A stretch of 64,000 nt of DNA from Oscillospiraceae bacterium. GTDB lineage: Bacteria; Bacillota; Clostridia; Oscillospirales; JAGBHD01. A model generated the notes under the pieces. That model did no database searches, was not told the DNA's origin, and saw only the letters and a program-made list of their open reading frames with translations. Position 1 is the first letter of the stretch; each line of letters opens with the position of its first letter. The stretch covers positions 11,238-75,237 of the forward strand of contig JAGBHD010000060.1 in assembly GCA_018110785.1 (NCBI GenBank). Direction: 5' to 3'. Shown here piece after piece: positions 29,876-39,869 of the stretch. The position numbers and the translations under genes are program-made.

Positions 29876-31176
29876 ATTTCCTTCTCCTTTAAAAAGTTTG
29901 TCATAGCCGCTATAGCTCTGTCGGCTAAATATGTATAGCGCTCTTTTTTGCCTTTAATTCTCTCTTCGCTTGGCGGCAAAATTCCCATATTCGCGCCCAT
30001 AGGCTCAAAATCAGCGGTATAATCATTTGAAATATGATTATTTAAAGCGCCTATCATTGTTTCTTTAGGAAACTTTAAGGGGTCTTTACCATTTAACGTT
30101 CTATAAAGATTTATTCCTGCAACGATTCCGCTCATTGCCGATTCCATATATCCTTCAACGCCTGTTATTTGACCTGCGAAATAAAGATTTTCTTTAAGAC
30201 GAGCATATTCATCTAAAACCTTAGGGCTGTTTAAAAATGTATTGCGATGCATAACTCCGTATCTTGTAAAAACAGCCTTTTCAAGCCCCGGTATCATTCT
30301 GAAAACCTTTTCCTGATAAGGGAAACGAAGATTTGTCTGAAAGCCTACCAAATTAAAGTTTGTCCTATCTCTGTCCTCGCTGCGAAGCTGAACTACCGCG
30401 TAAGGTCTTTTTCCCGTTTTCGGGTTAGTGAGTCCTACGGGCTTTAAGGGGCCGAAACGAAGAGTATCAGGGCCTCTTTTTGCCATAACCTCTATCGGCA
30501 TACAACCCTCATAAACCTTAAAATCTTGCTTTTCGAATTCCTTAAGCTCTGCCGTTTCTGCTGAAATCAAGGCTTCATAAAAGGCTTCGTATTCTTCCTT
30601 TTCAAAGGGGCAGTTTATATAATCATCGTCCCCTCTGCCATATCTCGCCGCGGCGAAAACCTTATCATAATCTATGCTATCGGCTCTGACAATCGGCGCC
30701 GCCGCGTCATAAAAGGAAAGGGCATTATCACCTATTTCTTTTTTTATAGCTTCGGAGAGCTTGTCGCTCGTTAGAGGTCCGCTCGCTATTATAGCAGGGG
30801 TATCGGGGATTTCTGTTATCTCTTCCCTTATAAGAGTTATATTAGGGTTATTTTCTATCGCCTTTGTTATAAACTCGGAAAATATCCTACGGTCAACCGC
30901 CAAAGCGCCGCCTGCGGGAACCGAAGCGGCGTCAGCCGCTTTAAGGGTTAAAGAGCCTAACAGGCGCATTTCCTCTTTTAAAAGCCCTGAGGCGCTATCG
31001 TGGCGCATGGCCTTTAAGGAATTCGAGCAAACAAGCTCTGCAAGATTTTCGGTTTTATGCGCCGGTGTTGTTTTTTGCGGCCGCATTTCATAAAGGGTAA
31101 CCTTTATACCTCTTGATGCTAAGGCATATGCCGCCTCAACACCCGCAAGGCCCCCTCCGACAACCGTTACATTCAT
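29872..31176 (-). CDS. trmFO: Methylenetetrahydrofolate--tRNA-(uracil-5)-methyltransferase
   Basis: 434 aa with the FAD motif VVGGGLAGVEAA. Typical TrmFO length and position next to topA. Confidence 0.93.
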   Translation of the reverse strand: MNVTVVGGGLAGVEAAYALASRGIKVTLYEMRPQKTTPAHKTENLAELVCSNSLKAMRHDSASGLLKEEMRLLGSLTLKAADAASVPAGGALAVDRRIFSEFITKAIENNPNITLIREEITEIPDTPAIIASGPLTSDKLSEAIKKEIGDNALSFYDAAAPIVRADSIDYDKVFAAARYGRGDDDYINCPFEKEEYEAFYEALISAETAELKEFEKQDFKVYEGCMPIEVMAKRGPDTLRFGPLKPVGLTNPKTGKRPYAVVQLRSEDRDRTNFNLVGFQTNLRFPYQEKVFRMIPGLEKAVFTRYGVMHRNTFLNSPKVLDEYARLKENLYFAGQITGVEGYMESAMSGIVAGINLYRTLNGKDPLKFPKETMIGALNNHISNDYTADFEPMGANMGILPPSEERIKGKKERYTYLADRAIAAMTNFLKEKEI

Positions 31177-33254
31177 TTGCTTTTCTCCTTTTTATATCCG
31201 CAGCCCTCTTTAAGACAATAGATTCCTGCCTCCTTACCTTTTCTCTTAAATAGGCTGGAGCCGCAAGACGGGCAGGTAGATTTAAGCGGAACATCCCATG
31301 TCATAAAGCCGCATTCTCTGCCCTTTTCGCAAGCATAATAAACCTTTCCCTTTTTGGATTTTCTCTCAAGCATTTTACCTGAGCATTTAGGGCAAAGCCC
31401 CTCTGTTGGAACGGTTATTGCTTTGGTATTTTTGCATTCGGGATATCCTGGGCATGCAAGGAATTTTCCAAATCTGCCCTCTTTTATTACCATTTTTCTG
31501 CCGCAGTTTTCGCAGATTTCATCGGTTTCGATATCGGGCACCTTTAAATGAGTTCCCTCCATATTGCTTTCTGCTTCTTTAAGCATTTTTTCAAAAGGAC
31601 TATAAAACTCCTCTAAAGCCTTTTTATATTGGACTTCTCCCTCGGAAATACCATCGAGGGTTGACTCCATTTCGGCAGTAAATTTAACATCTACTATCGA
31701 GGAAAACTGCTCCTCCATAAGTTTGGTCGTAATTTTGCCAAGCCCTGTAGGCTTTAGGGATTTTGCTTCTCTTTCAACATAGTTTCTCGCCATTATTGTA
31801 GTAATCGTAGGAGCATAGGTAGAAGGGCGGCCGATGCCGTTTTCCTCTAATGCCTTTATCAAAGAAGCCTCTGTATATCTTGCGGGAGGCTCTGTAAAAT
31901 GCTGAGAGCCAAGAAGCTCTGCTAAGGAAAGCTCTTCTCCCTCTTCCAATGCAGGAAGGGCTGTTTCCTTTTCCGACTGCTCGTCCTTGCCCTCTTCGTA
32001 AATTCTTGCAAAGCCGTCAAAAGCGGTAGTATATCCCGTTGCTTTAAACTCGGCATCAGCCGCAGTTATTAAAGCTGAAACGGTATTTTGAACCTGAGGC
32101 TTCATCTGCGAAGCCATAAATCTGTTCCAGATAAGATTATATAATTTGAATTGGTCAGAGCTTAAGCTATCCTTTACCATTAGGGGGGAAAGAGCAGGGT
32201 TTGCAGGGCGAATAGCTTCGTGCGCGTCCTGAGCGCTGTTTTTAGATTTATAGAAATTCGGCTTTTCGGGATAATATTCCTTTCCGAAATTTTCTATAAT
32301 ATAGTTTTTAGCCGCCGCTCTCGCTTCATCGGAAATTCTTAAAGAGTCGGTTCGCATATAGGTTATAAGACCTGTTGTTCCGTGTCCCTTTAAATCAATT
32401 TCCTCATAAAGCTCTTGAGCCGCCTTCATAGTTCGCCTTGCCTGGAAGCCTAATTTCCTTGCGCCCTCTTGTTGCATTGTTGAGGTTGTAAACGGAGGGG
32501 CGGGACGGCGGTTTTTCTTACCCTTTTTAATTTCGGTTACAATATATTTTGCGCCCGAAAGGGAAGAAAGTATTTTATCGGAATCCTCTTTGGTCTTTAA
32601 AACGGGCTTCTTTCCCTCAAAGGAAGAAAGCTTAGCCGAAAACTTTGTTTTCTTTCCCATTTTAGTTAAAAGAGCTTCTATCGTCCAATATTCCTCTGCC
32701 TTAAATGCTTCGATTTCTCTTTCTCTATCAACAATAAGCTTAACCGCAACCGACTGAACTCTTCCTGCAGAAAGTCCCTTTTTTATCTTTCTCCATAAAA
32801 AAGGGCTGATTTTATAACCTACTATTCTATCAAGAACTCGTCTTGCCTGCTGAGCGTCAACTAAGTTTATATCTATCTTTCTCGGAGAATCCATTCCGCT
32901 TTTTATTCCGCTTCCTGTTATCTCATCAAAGGTAACTCTGTTTTCTTCCTCTAAAGAAAGCCCGAGAATACTTGCAAGATGCCAGCTTATTGCCTCTCCC
33001 TCTCTATCAGGGTCGGTTGCGAGATAAACCATATCGCTTTTTTGAGCCTCTGCTTTAAGCTTTTTGATTATATCCTTTTTATCCGCCATACTCTGATACT
33101 GCGGCAAAAATCCATTCTCGAAATCTATTCCGAGCTTAGATTTCGGCAAATCTCTGATATGCCCCATAGAAGCCATAACTTCATAGCCGCTTCCGAGGTA
33201 TTTCTTTATTGTTTTTGCCTTTGCCGGCGATTCAACTATAACAAGATTTTGCAT
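31173..33254 (-). CDS. topA: DNA topoisomerase I
   Basis: 693 aa with a Toprim N-terminus (LVIVESPAKAKTI) and three C-terminal Cys4 zinc ribbons. Confidence 0.95.
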   Translation of the reverse strand: MQNLVIVESPAKAKTIKKYLGSGYEVMASMGHIRDLPKSKLGIDFENGFLPQYQSMADKKDIIKKLKAEAQKSDMVYLATDPDREGEAISWHLASILGLSLEEENRVTFDEITGSGIKSGMDSPRKIDINLVDAQQARRVLDRIVGYKISPFLWRKIKKGLSAGRVQSVAVKLIVDREREIEAFKAEEYWTIEALLTKMGKKTKFSAKLSSFEGKKPVLKTKEDSDKILSSLSGAKYIVTEIKKGKKNRRPAPPFTTSTMQQEGARKLGFQARRTMKAAQELYEEIDLKGHGTTGLITYMRTDSLRISDEARAAAKNYIIENFGKEYYPEKPNFYKSKNSAQDAHEAIRPANPALSPLMVKDSLSSDQFKLYNLIWNRFMASQMKPQVQNTVSALITAADAEFKATGYTTAFDGFARIYEEGKDEQSEKETALPALEEGEELSLAELLGSQHFTEPPARYTEASLIKALEENGIGRPSTYAPTITTIMARNYVEREAKSLKPTGLGKITTKLMEEQFSSIVDVKFTAEMESTLDGISEGEVQYKKALEEFYSPFEKMLKEAESNMEGTHLKVPDIETDEICENCGRKMVIKEGRFGKFLACPGYPECKNTKAITVPTEGLCPKCSGKMLERKSKKGKVYYACEKGRECGFMTWDVPLKSTCPSCGSSLFKRKGKEAGIYCLKEGCGYKKEKSK

Positions 33255-33263
33255 AAATCTCTC

Positions 33264-34406
33264 CTATATTTTTAAGGTATATTTTCCGCTTATATCTCTT
33301 TCAGTATATCCCTTCATTTCAAGCTTTATGAGCTGAGATGATAAACTACTCGCACTCATTTTTGTTTTTATAACAAGCTCATCAAAAGAAAGGTCATTTT
33401 CCAAAAGAAGCGATAATATCGGATCGTCCTCTATCTGCTTTTTTGATACATTCTCTTTTTTCTTTACCTTAGAGAATCGGAAAATATTTACGGAATTTTT
33501 ATCATATTTAGAAACATCTATTTTTTCGGGATATTTAACCGATAGCGGCAGAAAAATCTCCTGAGAAGAAAAAACAGGATATGCTCCGTCGGAAATAAGC
33601 TTATTTGAGCCTTCTGCGAGCCTTTCATAAGGGCTCCAAGGTATAACATAAAGCTCTCTTCCCTGCTCTGCCGCGTGAGAAGCGGTTATCAGCGTTCCGC
33701 TTTTTTGAGGCGCCTTAACAGCTAAAACGGCATCGGAAATTCCCGACATCAATCGGTTTCTCGGGTAGAAATTCGAAGCAAAGGCTCTCTCGGTCGGCGG
33801 GTATTCGCTTATTAAAAGACCGTCTGCTTTAAGAATTTCTCTTTTGGTATTCCCCGTTGCCGCAGGGTAGTTAACATCTAAAGAGCATGCCATAATTCCG
33901 ATTGTTTTTCCCTCTGCTCTCAAAGCTCCCTTTATTGCCGCCGCATCTATTCCTTCCGCAACGCCGCTGCAGATAACCGCGCCGACTGACGCTAAATCAT
34001 AAGAAAAATGCATCGCTGCCATATCGGCTTCTCTGTCGCTCTTTCTCGTTCCTACAACACTTACTATAGGATACCCATTTAGCAGATCCAAATTGCCGAA
34101 AGCATATATCAAAAAAGGCGGATTGGGAATTTCTTTAAACCGCTCGGGATAGAATTTGCTCTCGGGGGTTATAATCTCAATATTTTTAAGACGGCATCTT
34201 TTCTCCGCCGCCTCTGCCGATTTTAATGAAACCGATTTTATCTTCTTTTTATCGCTGTCATCTAAAAAAGAAAATTCCGAAACCAATTCTTCGCGGTGTT
34301 TATAAAAGGTTTCAGGGCTTTTTACAAGCGATAATATATGATGCGCCTTTTCGGGCTCACCCATAAAAATTTTCTGAAGCCATATATAATAGCAGATATT
34401 GCTCAT
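33264..34406 (-). CDS. dprA: DNA-processing protein DprA
   Basis: 380 aa with a Rossmann-like DprA core (VSVVGTRK, GIDAAA, SGTLITA). Confidence 0.88.
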   Translation of the reverse strand: MSNICYYIWLQKIFMGEPEKAHHILSLVKSPETFYKHREELVSEFSFLDDSDKKKIKSVSLKSAEAAEKRCRLKNIEIITPESKFYPERFKEIPNPPFLIYAFGNLDLLNGYPIVSVVGTRKSDREADMAAMHFSYDLASVGAVICSGVAEGIDAAAIKGALRAEGKTIGIMACSLDVNYPAATGNTKREILKADGLLISEYPPTERAFASNFYPRNRLMSGISDAVLAVKAPQKSGTLITASHAAEQGRELYVIPWSPYERLAEGSNKLISDGAYPVFSSQEIFLPLSVKYPEKIDVSKYDKNSVNIFRFSKVKKKENVSKKQIEDDPILSLLLENDLSFDELVIKTKMSASSLSSQLIKLEMKGYTERDISGKYTLKI

Positions 34407-35185
34407 TCGCCCTTACCCATATGAAACATTATTATCCCCGCCGCAACAGCCGCATTAAGGCTTTCGGCTTTGCCCGACATTGGGATAGTAAGCTTGTTTT
34501 GACAGCTTAAAATAACCTCTTCGGATACCCCTGAGCCCTCGTTTCCGATAACAACCGCCGAAAAATCGGGGAAAACTATATTCTCTATTCTGTCGCTTTT
34601 TTCTTCCGATAAAACCGAGGCGAAAACTAAAGCGCCCTTTTCTTTTAGCTTTTTTACAGCCTCTATGGCATTACATTCATAGATGTTCACTCTCAAAACG
34701 CTCCCCATAGATGAGCGAAGCCCTTTGGGAGAAAACACATCGCAGCTATCGGGCGATACAATAACCCCGTTTATAGAAAAGGCATCTGCCGAGCGAATAA
34801 TCGTTCCTGCATTTCCGATATCCTGAATCCTATCGAGAATGATATATTTTCCCGAGCCAAACTCTGCGCTTTTTAAAACCTTTGTTTTGAAAACAGCAAA
34901 AATGCCCTCGGGGGTTTTCTGGTCGCTTACCTTTTCGGCTATTTCTTCGGTTATTTCTATAATTTCTCCTACCGAAGATAAATAGTCTTCGGGGAGAGTT
35001 TTTAAGTATTTAGGAGTTAAATAAAGCTCTTTTACCTCTGCTTTTTCTCTGAAAAGCTCCAAGGACAGCTTTATTCCCTCGGCTACCGAAAGCCCCGTTT
35101 CGCGGCGAAATGCGGCTTTTCCGATAAGCTTTTTAAGCTCTGATATTCTTTTATTGCCGCCGGAAGTTATCCTTGTTAGCTTCAT
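34403..35185 (-). CDS. TrmH/SpoU-family RNA 2'-O-methyltransferase
   Basis: 260 aa with SpoU motifs (GNAGTIIRSA, VIGNEGSG, SLNAAVAAGI). Confidence 0.8.
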   Translation of the reverse strand: MKLTRITSGGNKRISELKKLIGKAAFRRETGLSVAEGIKLSLELFREKAEVKELYLTPKYLKTLPEDYLSSVGEIIEITEEIAEKVSDQKTPEGIFAVFKTKVLKSAEFGSGKYIILDRIQDIGNAGTIIRSADAFSINGVIVSPDSCDVFSPKGLRSSMGSVLRVNIYECNAIEAVKKLKEKGALVFASVLSEEKSDRIENIVFPDFSAVVIGNEGSGVSEEVILSCQNKLTIPMSGKAESLNAAVAAGIIMFHMGKGE

Positions 35186-35209
35186 TTTCTGCTCCTTTCA
35201 AACTTAAAG

Positions 35210-35245
35210 ACGCCCGATAAGAAAGAACTTATCGGGCGTTTTTTC
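35210..35245. terminator. Hairpin terminator downstream of rplT
   Basis: 12-bp stem ACGCCCGATAAG / CTTATCGGGCGT. The T7 run is on the plus side. On the minus side only CTTTAAGTTT follows. Confidence 0.6.
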
Positions 35246-35246
35246 A

Positions 35247-35606
35247 TTATTTTGCAAGCGCTTTTTTAGCTTTTTCGCACAAAGAAGCAAACGCTTTGGG
35301 ATCGCTGATAGCAATCTCGGAAAGCATTTTGCGGTTAAGCGCAATTTTAGCTTTTTTAAGTCCGTTCATGAATGTAGAATAGTTCATTCCGTTCATTTTG
35401 CAACCTGCGGAAATTCTTGTTATCCACAAGCTTCTGAAATCTCTCTTCTTCTGTTTGCGGCCGATATATGCATACTGACCGGATTTTAAAACAGCCTCTT
35501 TGGCAGTTTTAAAGAGACGACTTTTACCGCCCCAATAACCTTTTGCGAGTTTTAAAACTTTCTTTCTTCTCTTGCGAGTCATCATCGCGCCCTTAACACG
35601 AGCCAT
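35247..35606 (-). CDS. rplT: 50S ribosomal protein L20
   Basis: 119 aa. Sequence: [26 protein letters not shown]... Confidence 0.95.
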   Translation of the reverse strand: MARVKGAMMTRKRRKKVLKLAKGYWGGKSRLFKTAKEAVLKSGQYAYIGRKQKKRDFRSLWITRISAGCKMNGMNYSTFMNGLKKAKIALNRKMLSEIAISDPKAFASLCEKAKKALAK

Positions 35607-35652
35607 TATTTCTTACCTCCGAATTATTTTCTCTTCTGAATGTTTCCCGCTC

Positions 35653-35850
35653 TTATTTATAGGGAATCAATTTCTTGACTGTAGCTGCCTTTGTCTGGTC
35701 AGCATAAGCGGTCTGGCGAAGGCCTCTCTTGCGCTTTGTGGTCTTCTTGTTCAGAATGTGGGATTTGTTAGCGTGAGCGTGTTTAACTTTACCGCTTTTG
35801 GTAAGACTGAAACGTTTTTTAGCTCCGCTGTGTGTTTTTACCTTAGGCAT
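35653..35850 (-). CDS. rpmI: 50S ribosomal protein L35
   Basis: 65 aa. Sequence: [14 protein letters not shown]... Confidence 0.93.
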   Translation of the reverse strand: MPKVKTHSGAKKRFSLTKSGKVKHAHANKSHILNKKTTKRKRGLRQTAYADQTKAATVKKLIPYK

Positions 35851-35870
35851 TATTTATTTCCTCCCTGTTT

Positions 35871-36389
35871 TTACTTACTGGGTTTTGCCGAAACAAACAT
35901 CAGCATATTTCTTCCCTCGAGCTTCGGAGCCTTATCAATAACTCCGAATTCCGAAAGAGCATCAGCCGCTTTTTGCATAACGTCTTTGCCCAGCTCTGTA
36001 TGTGCCATTTCACGTCCTCTGAATTTAATGGAAACCTTAACTCTGTTTCCGCTTTTCAGGAACTTTTTAGCATGATTGATTTTAGTATTAAAATCATTCG
36101 TGTCTATATTAAGAGATAATCTAATCTCCTTAATATCAACTGTTCTTTGGTTCTTGCGAGATTCTTTCTCTTTTTTCATTTGCTCGAAGCGATACTTCCC
36201 GTAATCCATAATCTTGCATACGGGGGGGGTTGCTTGAGGAGCAATTTTTACCAAGTCGAGATTCTGTGCATTCGCCATTTTCTGAGCCTCAGCCGCCGAT
36301 ATAATACCGATCTGCGCTCCGTCGGGTCCGATTACGCGAACTTCCTTATCGCGAATGTCTTCATTGATCTGAACTTCTTTTTCGCTAAT
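35871..36389 (-). CDS. infC: Translation initiation factor IF-3 (ATT start)
   Basis: GGAGGTG lies 7 nt upstream of the ATT at 36389. The product begins ISEKEVQINEDIRDKEVRVIGPDG, matching the IF-3 N-terminus. The ORF-track ATG at 36407 overlaps the SD. Confidence 0.9.
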   Translation of the reverse strand: MSEKEVQINEDIRDKEVRVIGPDGAQIGIISAAEAQKMANAQNLDLVKIAPQATPPVCKIMDYGKYRFEQMKKEKESRKNQRTVDIKEIRLSLNIDTNDFNTKINHAKKFLKSGNRVKVSIKFRGREMAHTELGKDVMQKAADALSEFGVIDKAPKLEGRNMLMFVSAKPSK

Positions 36390-36394
36390 GGTGA

Positions 36395-36536
36395 GCCACC
36401 TCCACAATAAAAAAACCGCATAAACATTCCGTTCATGCAGCTATAAAAGCCATAAAGGCTTTATTAAAACTCCATATTAACCAGCTTCGCTTTATGCTCG
36501 GCGGTGAGAACGGAAATACAGTTCTTCTTTATTTTC
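36395..36536 (-). promoter_or_regulatory. infC-rpmI-rplT leader with attenuator terminator (L20-leader type)
   Basis: A 5' UTR of about 140 nt ends in the hairpin GCATGAAC / GTTTATGC plus GGTTTTTTT (36409..36438), just before the infC SD. The position matches the Firmicute L20 autoregulatory leader. Confidence 0.45.
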
Positions 36537-36542
36537 TATGTG

Positions 36543-36571
36543 ATTATAGCATTCTTTTTATATATTGTCAA
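36543..36571 (-). promoter_or_regulatory. Consensus sigma-A promoter (TTGACA-17-TATAAT) of the infC operon
   Basis: The -35 is at 36571..36566 and the -10 at 36548..36543. Confidence 0.65.
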
Positions 36572-36575
36572 GAAC

Positions 36576-37721
36576 TTATTTTATCTTTTTAAAATTTCTT
36601 CCGAGATGCTCTAAAAGAGCCTCTTTTTCTAAAGAAACCTCTCCTTTATTTAAGGATACTAAAAGAAAATCGTAAGCCGCTTTTATCTCTTTACCCAAAA
36701 AACCGAGGGCTTTCATATCTTCTCCCTTTAAAGGAATATCTTCTTTCGATTTAAAGGCATTTTCTTTTTTTAGTTTTTCCCACAAGTCTTTCATTTCGGG
36801 CGCTTTGAACTCTATTATTTTCTTTCCGAAGTCTCCCTCTTTTGTATAAAGCATTTTTAAATAAAACTCGTCGGCTACCGCAGGAACATTTGCCGATAAA
36901 AGCTTTTCTATCTCCACTCTTGTTACTTTATCAAGTTTTAAATTTTCCAAAGCGCTAAAAGGCGAATTCTCTAAGGCGGCGGCAAGCTTTAGTGCCGCAT
37001 CGTTTTTAATGCGGGATATTTTTTCTGCCGATTCAAGGCTGAAGTTTGGAAAAAGCTCATTAAAAACAGGCAAGAATTTCTCAGCGGCGGACAAAAAATG
37101 GGGCGCTGATAAAATTTTTAAAATTTCTTCTCTTTTTCTTTCGCCCGATATATTATGAAGCAGAGCTTTATTTGCTATCATCGCTTCATAGGTTCTCTCC
37201 TCGGCTGAAAAGCCCAAAACCGAAATAAATCTTATTCCGCGAAGAATTCTCAGAGCATCTTCGGAGAAGCGCTTCTCTGGATTTCCTACAGCTCGTAAGG
37301 TTTTGTTTTCTATATCTCTTTTTCCGTAAAAAAGGTCGATCAAATTACCGCTTTTGTCCATAGCCATAGCGTTTATCGTAAAATCGCGGCGAGAAAGGTC
37401 TTCCTCTAAGGATACTCCGAAAGATACCCTTTCGGGGTGACGGGAGTCAATATATTCTCCGTCTGAGCGAAATGAAGTAATTTCTACAGCTTCGTTATTT
37501 ATAATAACAGTAACAGTACCGTGGCGAATGCCTGTTTCTATAACCTTGAAATCGGAGAATATGGATTTTATTTCGAAAGGAGAGGCAGATGAGGCTATGT
37601 CATAGTCCGACGGGGTTTTCCCCATAATTATATCGCGGACCGCTCCGCCTACAACATAGGCGCTAAATCCCCTTTTTTCTAATCTTTTTAATATAAATTG
37701 AACAGATTCTGAAAAAAACAT
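36576..37721 (-). CDS. cca: CCA-adding enzyme / polyA-polymerase-family tRNA nucleotidyltransferase
   Basis: 381 aa with the GGAVRD nucleotidyltransferase motif and RRDFTINA. Confidence 0.8.
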   Translation of the reverse strand: MFFSESVQFILKRLEKRGFSAYVVGGAVRDIIMGKTPSDYDIASSASPFEIKSIFSDFKVIETGIRHGTVTVIINNEAVEITSFRSDGEYIDSRHPERVSFGVSLEEDLSRRDFTINAMAMDKSGNLIDLFYGKRDIENKTLRAVGNPEKRFSEDALRILRGIRFISVLGFSAEERTYEAMIANKALLHNISGERKREEILKILSAPHFLSAAEKFLPVFNELFPNFSLESAEKISRIKNDAALKLAAALENSPFSALENLKLDKVTRVEIEKLLSANVPAVADEFYLKMLYTKEGDFGKKIIEFKAPEMKDLWEKLKKENAFKSKEDIPLKGEDMKALGFLGKEIKAAYDFLLVSLNKGEVSLEKEALLEHLGRNFKKIK

Positions 37722-37794
37722 GAAATTTCTCCTTTCCTTTTGATTATTAGATTTATTTATGCTATAATTTTATTAGAAACGGAGGGCTTCTATT

Positions 37795-38586
37795 TTGAAA
37801 TCAAAAACAAGAAAAATACCCCGCATTTTATCGCCTATAACAGTTCGCATAACCCTTTCGATTATTGTTATCGGTATTATAATTCGTTCTGTTTTTATCG
37901 GAAACTATGAAAATATGTTCGTTTGCCTTTTAGTTCTTTTGCTTTTTGCAGTTCCGTCTTTTTTAGAAAAAAGGCTACATATTGATTTCCCCGATGCTTT
38001 GGAAATTATAATTCTCTGTTTTATCTTTGCCGCCGAAATATTAGGCGAGCTCGGCTCCTATTATATAAGCGTTCCCCATTGGGATACTATCCTTCATACA
38101 ACATGGGGCTTCCTCTGCGCCGCTATCGGTTTTTCGCTTATTGATATTCTTAATCGAAAACCTACGATTAAATTTTCTCTTTCTCCCGTCTTTGTGGCTC
38201 TGGTTGCTTTCTGCTTTTCAATGACAGTCGGCGTATTCTGGGAGTTTTTCGAATTCGCGGTAGATAATATTTTGGTAGCCGATATGCAAAAGGACACCGT
38301 TATAAACAGCTTTTATTCTACCCTTTTAGACCCTACCAAAAGCAATATCCCATATCCTGTAAAGGATATAGCTCAAACAGTTGTAAACGGCACGCCGCTT
38401 CAAATCAAAGGATATCTTGATATCGGGCTTTTCGATACAATGGAAGACCTTTTTGTAAACTTTATAGGCGCATCTGTTTTCAGCGTTATAGGTTATTTCT
38501 ATATAAAAAGAAGAGGTAAAGGGAAAATAGCGCGTCGGCTTATCCCTACTATTACTGAAACAACGGAGGAAAATATAAATGAATAA
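37795..38586 (+). CDS. Integral membrane protein of unknown function (about 6 TM)
   Basis: 263 aa with a TTG start and GGAGGG SD. Its stop overlaps the start of the alarmone synthetase gene by 8 nt. Confidence 0.6.
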   Translation: MKSKTRKIPRILSPITVRITLSIIVIGIIIRSVFIGNYENMFVCLLVLLLFAVPSFLEKRLHIDFPDALEIIILCFIFAAEILGELGSYYISVPHWDTILHTTWGFLCAAIGFSLIDILNRKPTIKFSLSPVFVALVAFCFSMTVGVFWEFFEFAVDNILVADMQKDTVINSFYSTLLDPTKSNIPYPVKDIAQTVVNGTPLQIKGYLDIGLFDTMEDLFVNFIGASVFSVIGYFYIKRRGKGKIARRLIPTITETTEENINE

Positions 38587-39244
38587 AAAAAGCTATTCAC
38601 CTGAGGATTTTTCTACCCTTGCTAAAAACAAGGAAAAGCTGGAAACCTTCAGAGATTATATCGAGCTTCAGCATAAATATTCAGCCGCAATAAGAGAGGT
38701 CCAAACGAAGCTTGATATTCTAAATGAGGAATTCCGAGTAAGGTATGACCATAATCCTATTCATCACATAGAGTCCCGCCTTAAATCTCCGCAAAGTATG
38801 TTTACAAAGCTTGAGAAAAACGGCATTGATATTTCAATTCAGGCAGCTATAGAAAATCTTAACGATATTGCGGGAATAAGGGTTGTTTGCTGTTATATCG
38901 ACGATGTTTATAAGGTGGCAAACATTCTCTTAAATCAGGACGATATAATTTTAGTTCGCCGCAAGGACTACATAAAAAATCCCAAACCAAACGGATACAG
39001 AAGCCTTCACCTTGTTTTAAAGGTGCCGATATTTTTATCCGACCGTACAGAGAAGGTTACCGTTGAGGTGCAGTTCAGAACTATAGCTATGGATATGTGG
39101 GCAAGCTTGGAGCATAAGCTTCGCTACAAGCAAAAAAAGGAGCTTCCCGAAAATCTCAAAAACGATTTACAAAAATGCGCAGAAGAGATTTCCGAGATTG
39201 ACAAGCGCCTTCAGGACATTCATATTGATATTCAGAAGCTTTAG
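38579..39244 (+). CDS. Small alarmone synthetase (RelQ/RelP-type GTP pyrophosphokinase)
   Basis: 221 aa with RelA_SpoT synthetase motifs (DIAGIRVVC, GYRSLHLV, EVQFRT). Confidence 0.85.
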   Translation: MNKKSYSPEDFSTLAKNKEKLETFRDYIELQHKYSAAIREVQTKLDILNEEFRVRYDHNPIHHIESRLKSPQSMFTKLEKNGIDISIQAAIENLNDIAGIRVVCCYIDDVYKVANILLNQDDIILVRRKDYIKNPKPNGYRSLHLVLKVPIFLSDRTEKVTVEVQFRTIAMDMWASLEHKLRYKQKKELPENLKNDLQKCAEEISEIDKRLQDIHIDIQKL

Positions 39245-39373
39245 CTCTGTCTTTTATTTTAGCATAGAAATATAAGCCACTTCAAGACTTAGATTTTTGG
39301 TTATTTTGCCTATTAGATTTATTTTTCAAAAAATGTTATCATTATATTGCAACGATTTACTAAGAGGTGCTTT

Positions 39374-39868
39374 ATGTTTAAGTGCGGAGATGCAGTAATG
39401 TACTCAACATCGGGGGCTTGCAAGATAACCTCCGAAACGGAAAAAGAATATTTGGGAAAAGCAGAAGTCTGCTTTGTTCTTGAGCCGATTTTCAATGGTA
39501 ATATGAAAATTTATGTGCCAAAATCTAATGATAAGCTTATTTCGAAAATGCGGCATATGATGACAAAAGAGGCGCTTTTATCCCTTATTAAAAATTTCCC
39601 CGAAAAAGGTGAAGAATATATCCCTAACGACGCTTTAAGACGGCAGAAATATAATGAGCTTATGGCGCTTGGCGACCAGATAAGGATTGCGGGAATTATT
39701 AAAACGCTTTACGAGAAGAAAATAGAACAAACCGAAAACAAGAAAAAGCTTCATCAATGCGATGAATATCTCTTAAAGGAAGCTCAGAAGCTTCTTTATG
39801 ATGAGATTGCCTTTGTTTTCGACATTTCTCCCGATAGTGTCCACGAATTTATATTAGAAAATAAATAG
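39374..39868 (+). CDS. CarD/CdnL-family RNA-polymerase-binding regulator
   Basis: 164 aa from the ATG at 39374 (SD AAGAGGTG). The N-terminal Tudor-like pattern reads FKCGDAVMYSTSGACKI...YVPKSN. Confidence 0.75.
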   Translation: MFKCGDAVMYSTSGACKITSETEKEYLGKAEVCFVLEPIFNGNMKIYVPKSNDKLISKMRHMMTKEALLSLIKNFPEKGEEYIPNDALRRQKYNELMALGDQIRIAGIIKTLYEKKIEQTENKKKLHQCDEYLLKEAQKLLYDEIAFVFDISPDSVHEFILENK

Positions 39869-39869
39869 C

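Noticed and set aside
35572-36075. 167-aa plus-strand ORF across rplT/rpmI/infC, and similar long antisense ORFs (for example 41662..42135, 23244..23657, 11400..11753, 25858..26214, 2547..2996 and 51948..52361)
   Set aside because: They overlap highly conserved genes on the other strand, have low-complexity or hydrophobic composition, and lack ribosome-binding sites.
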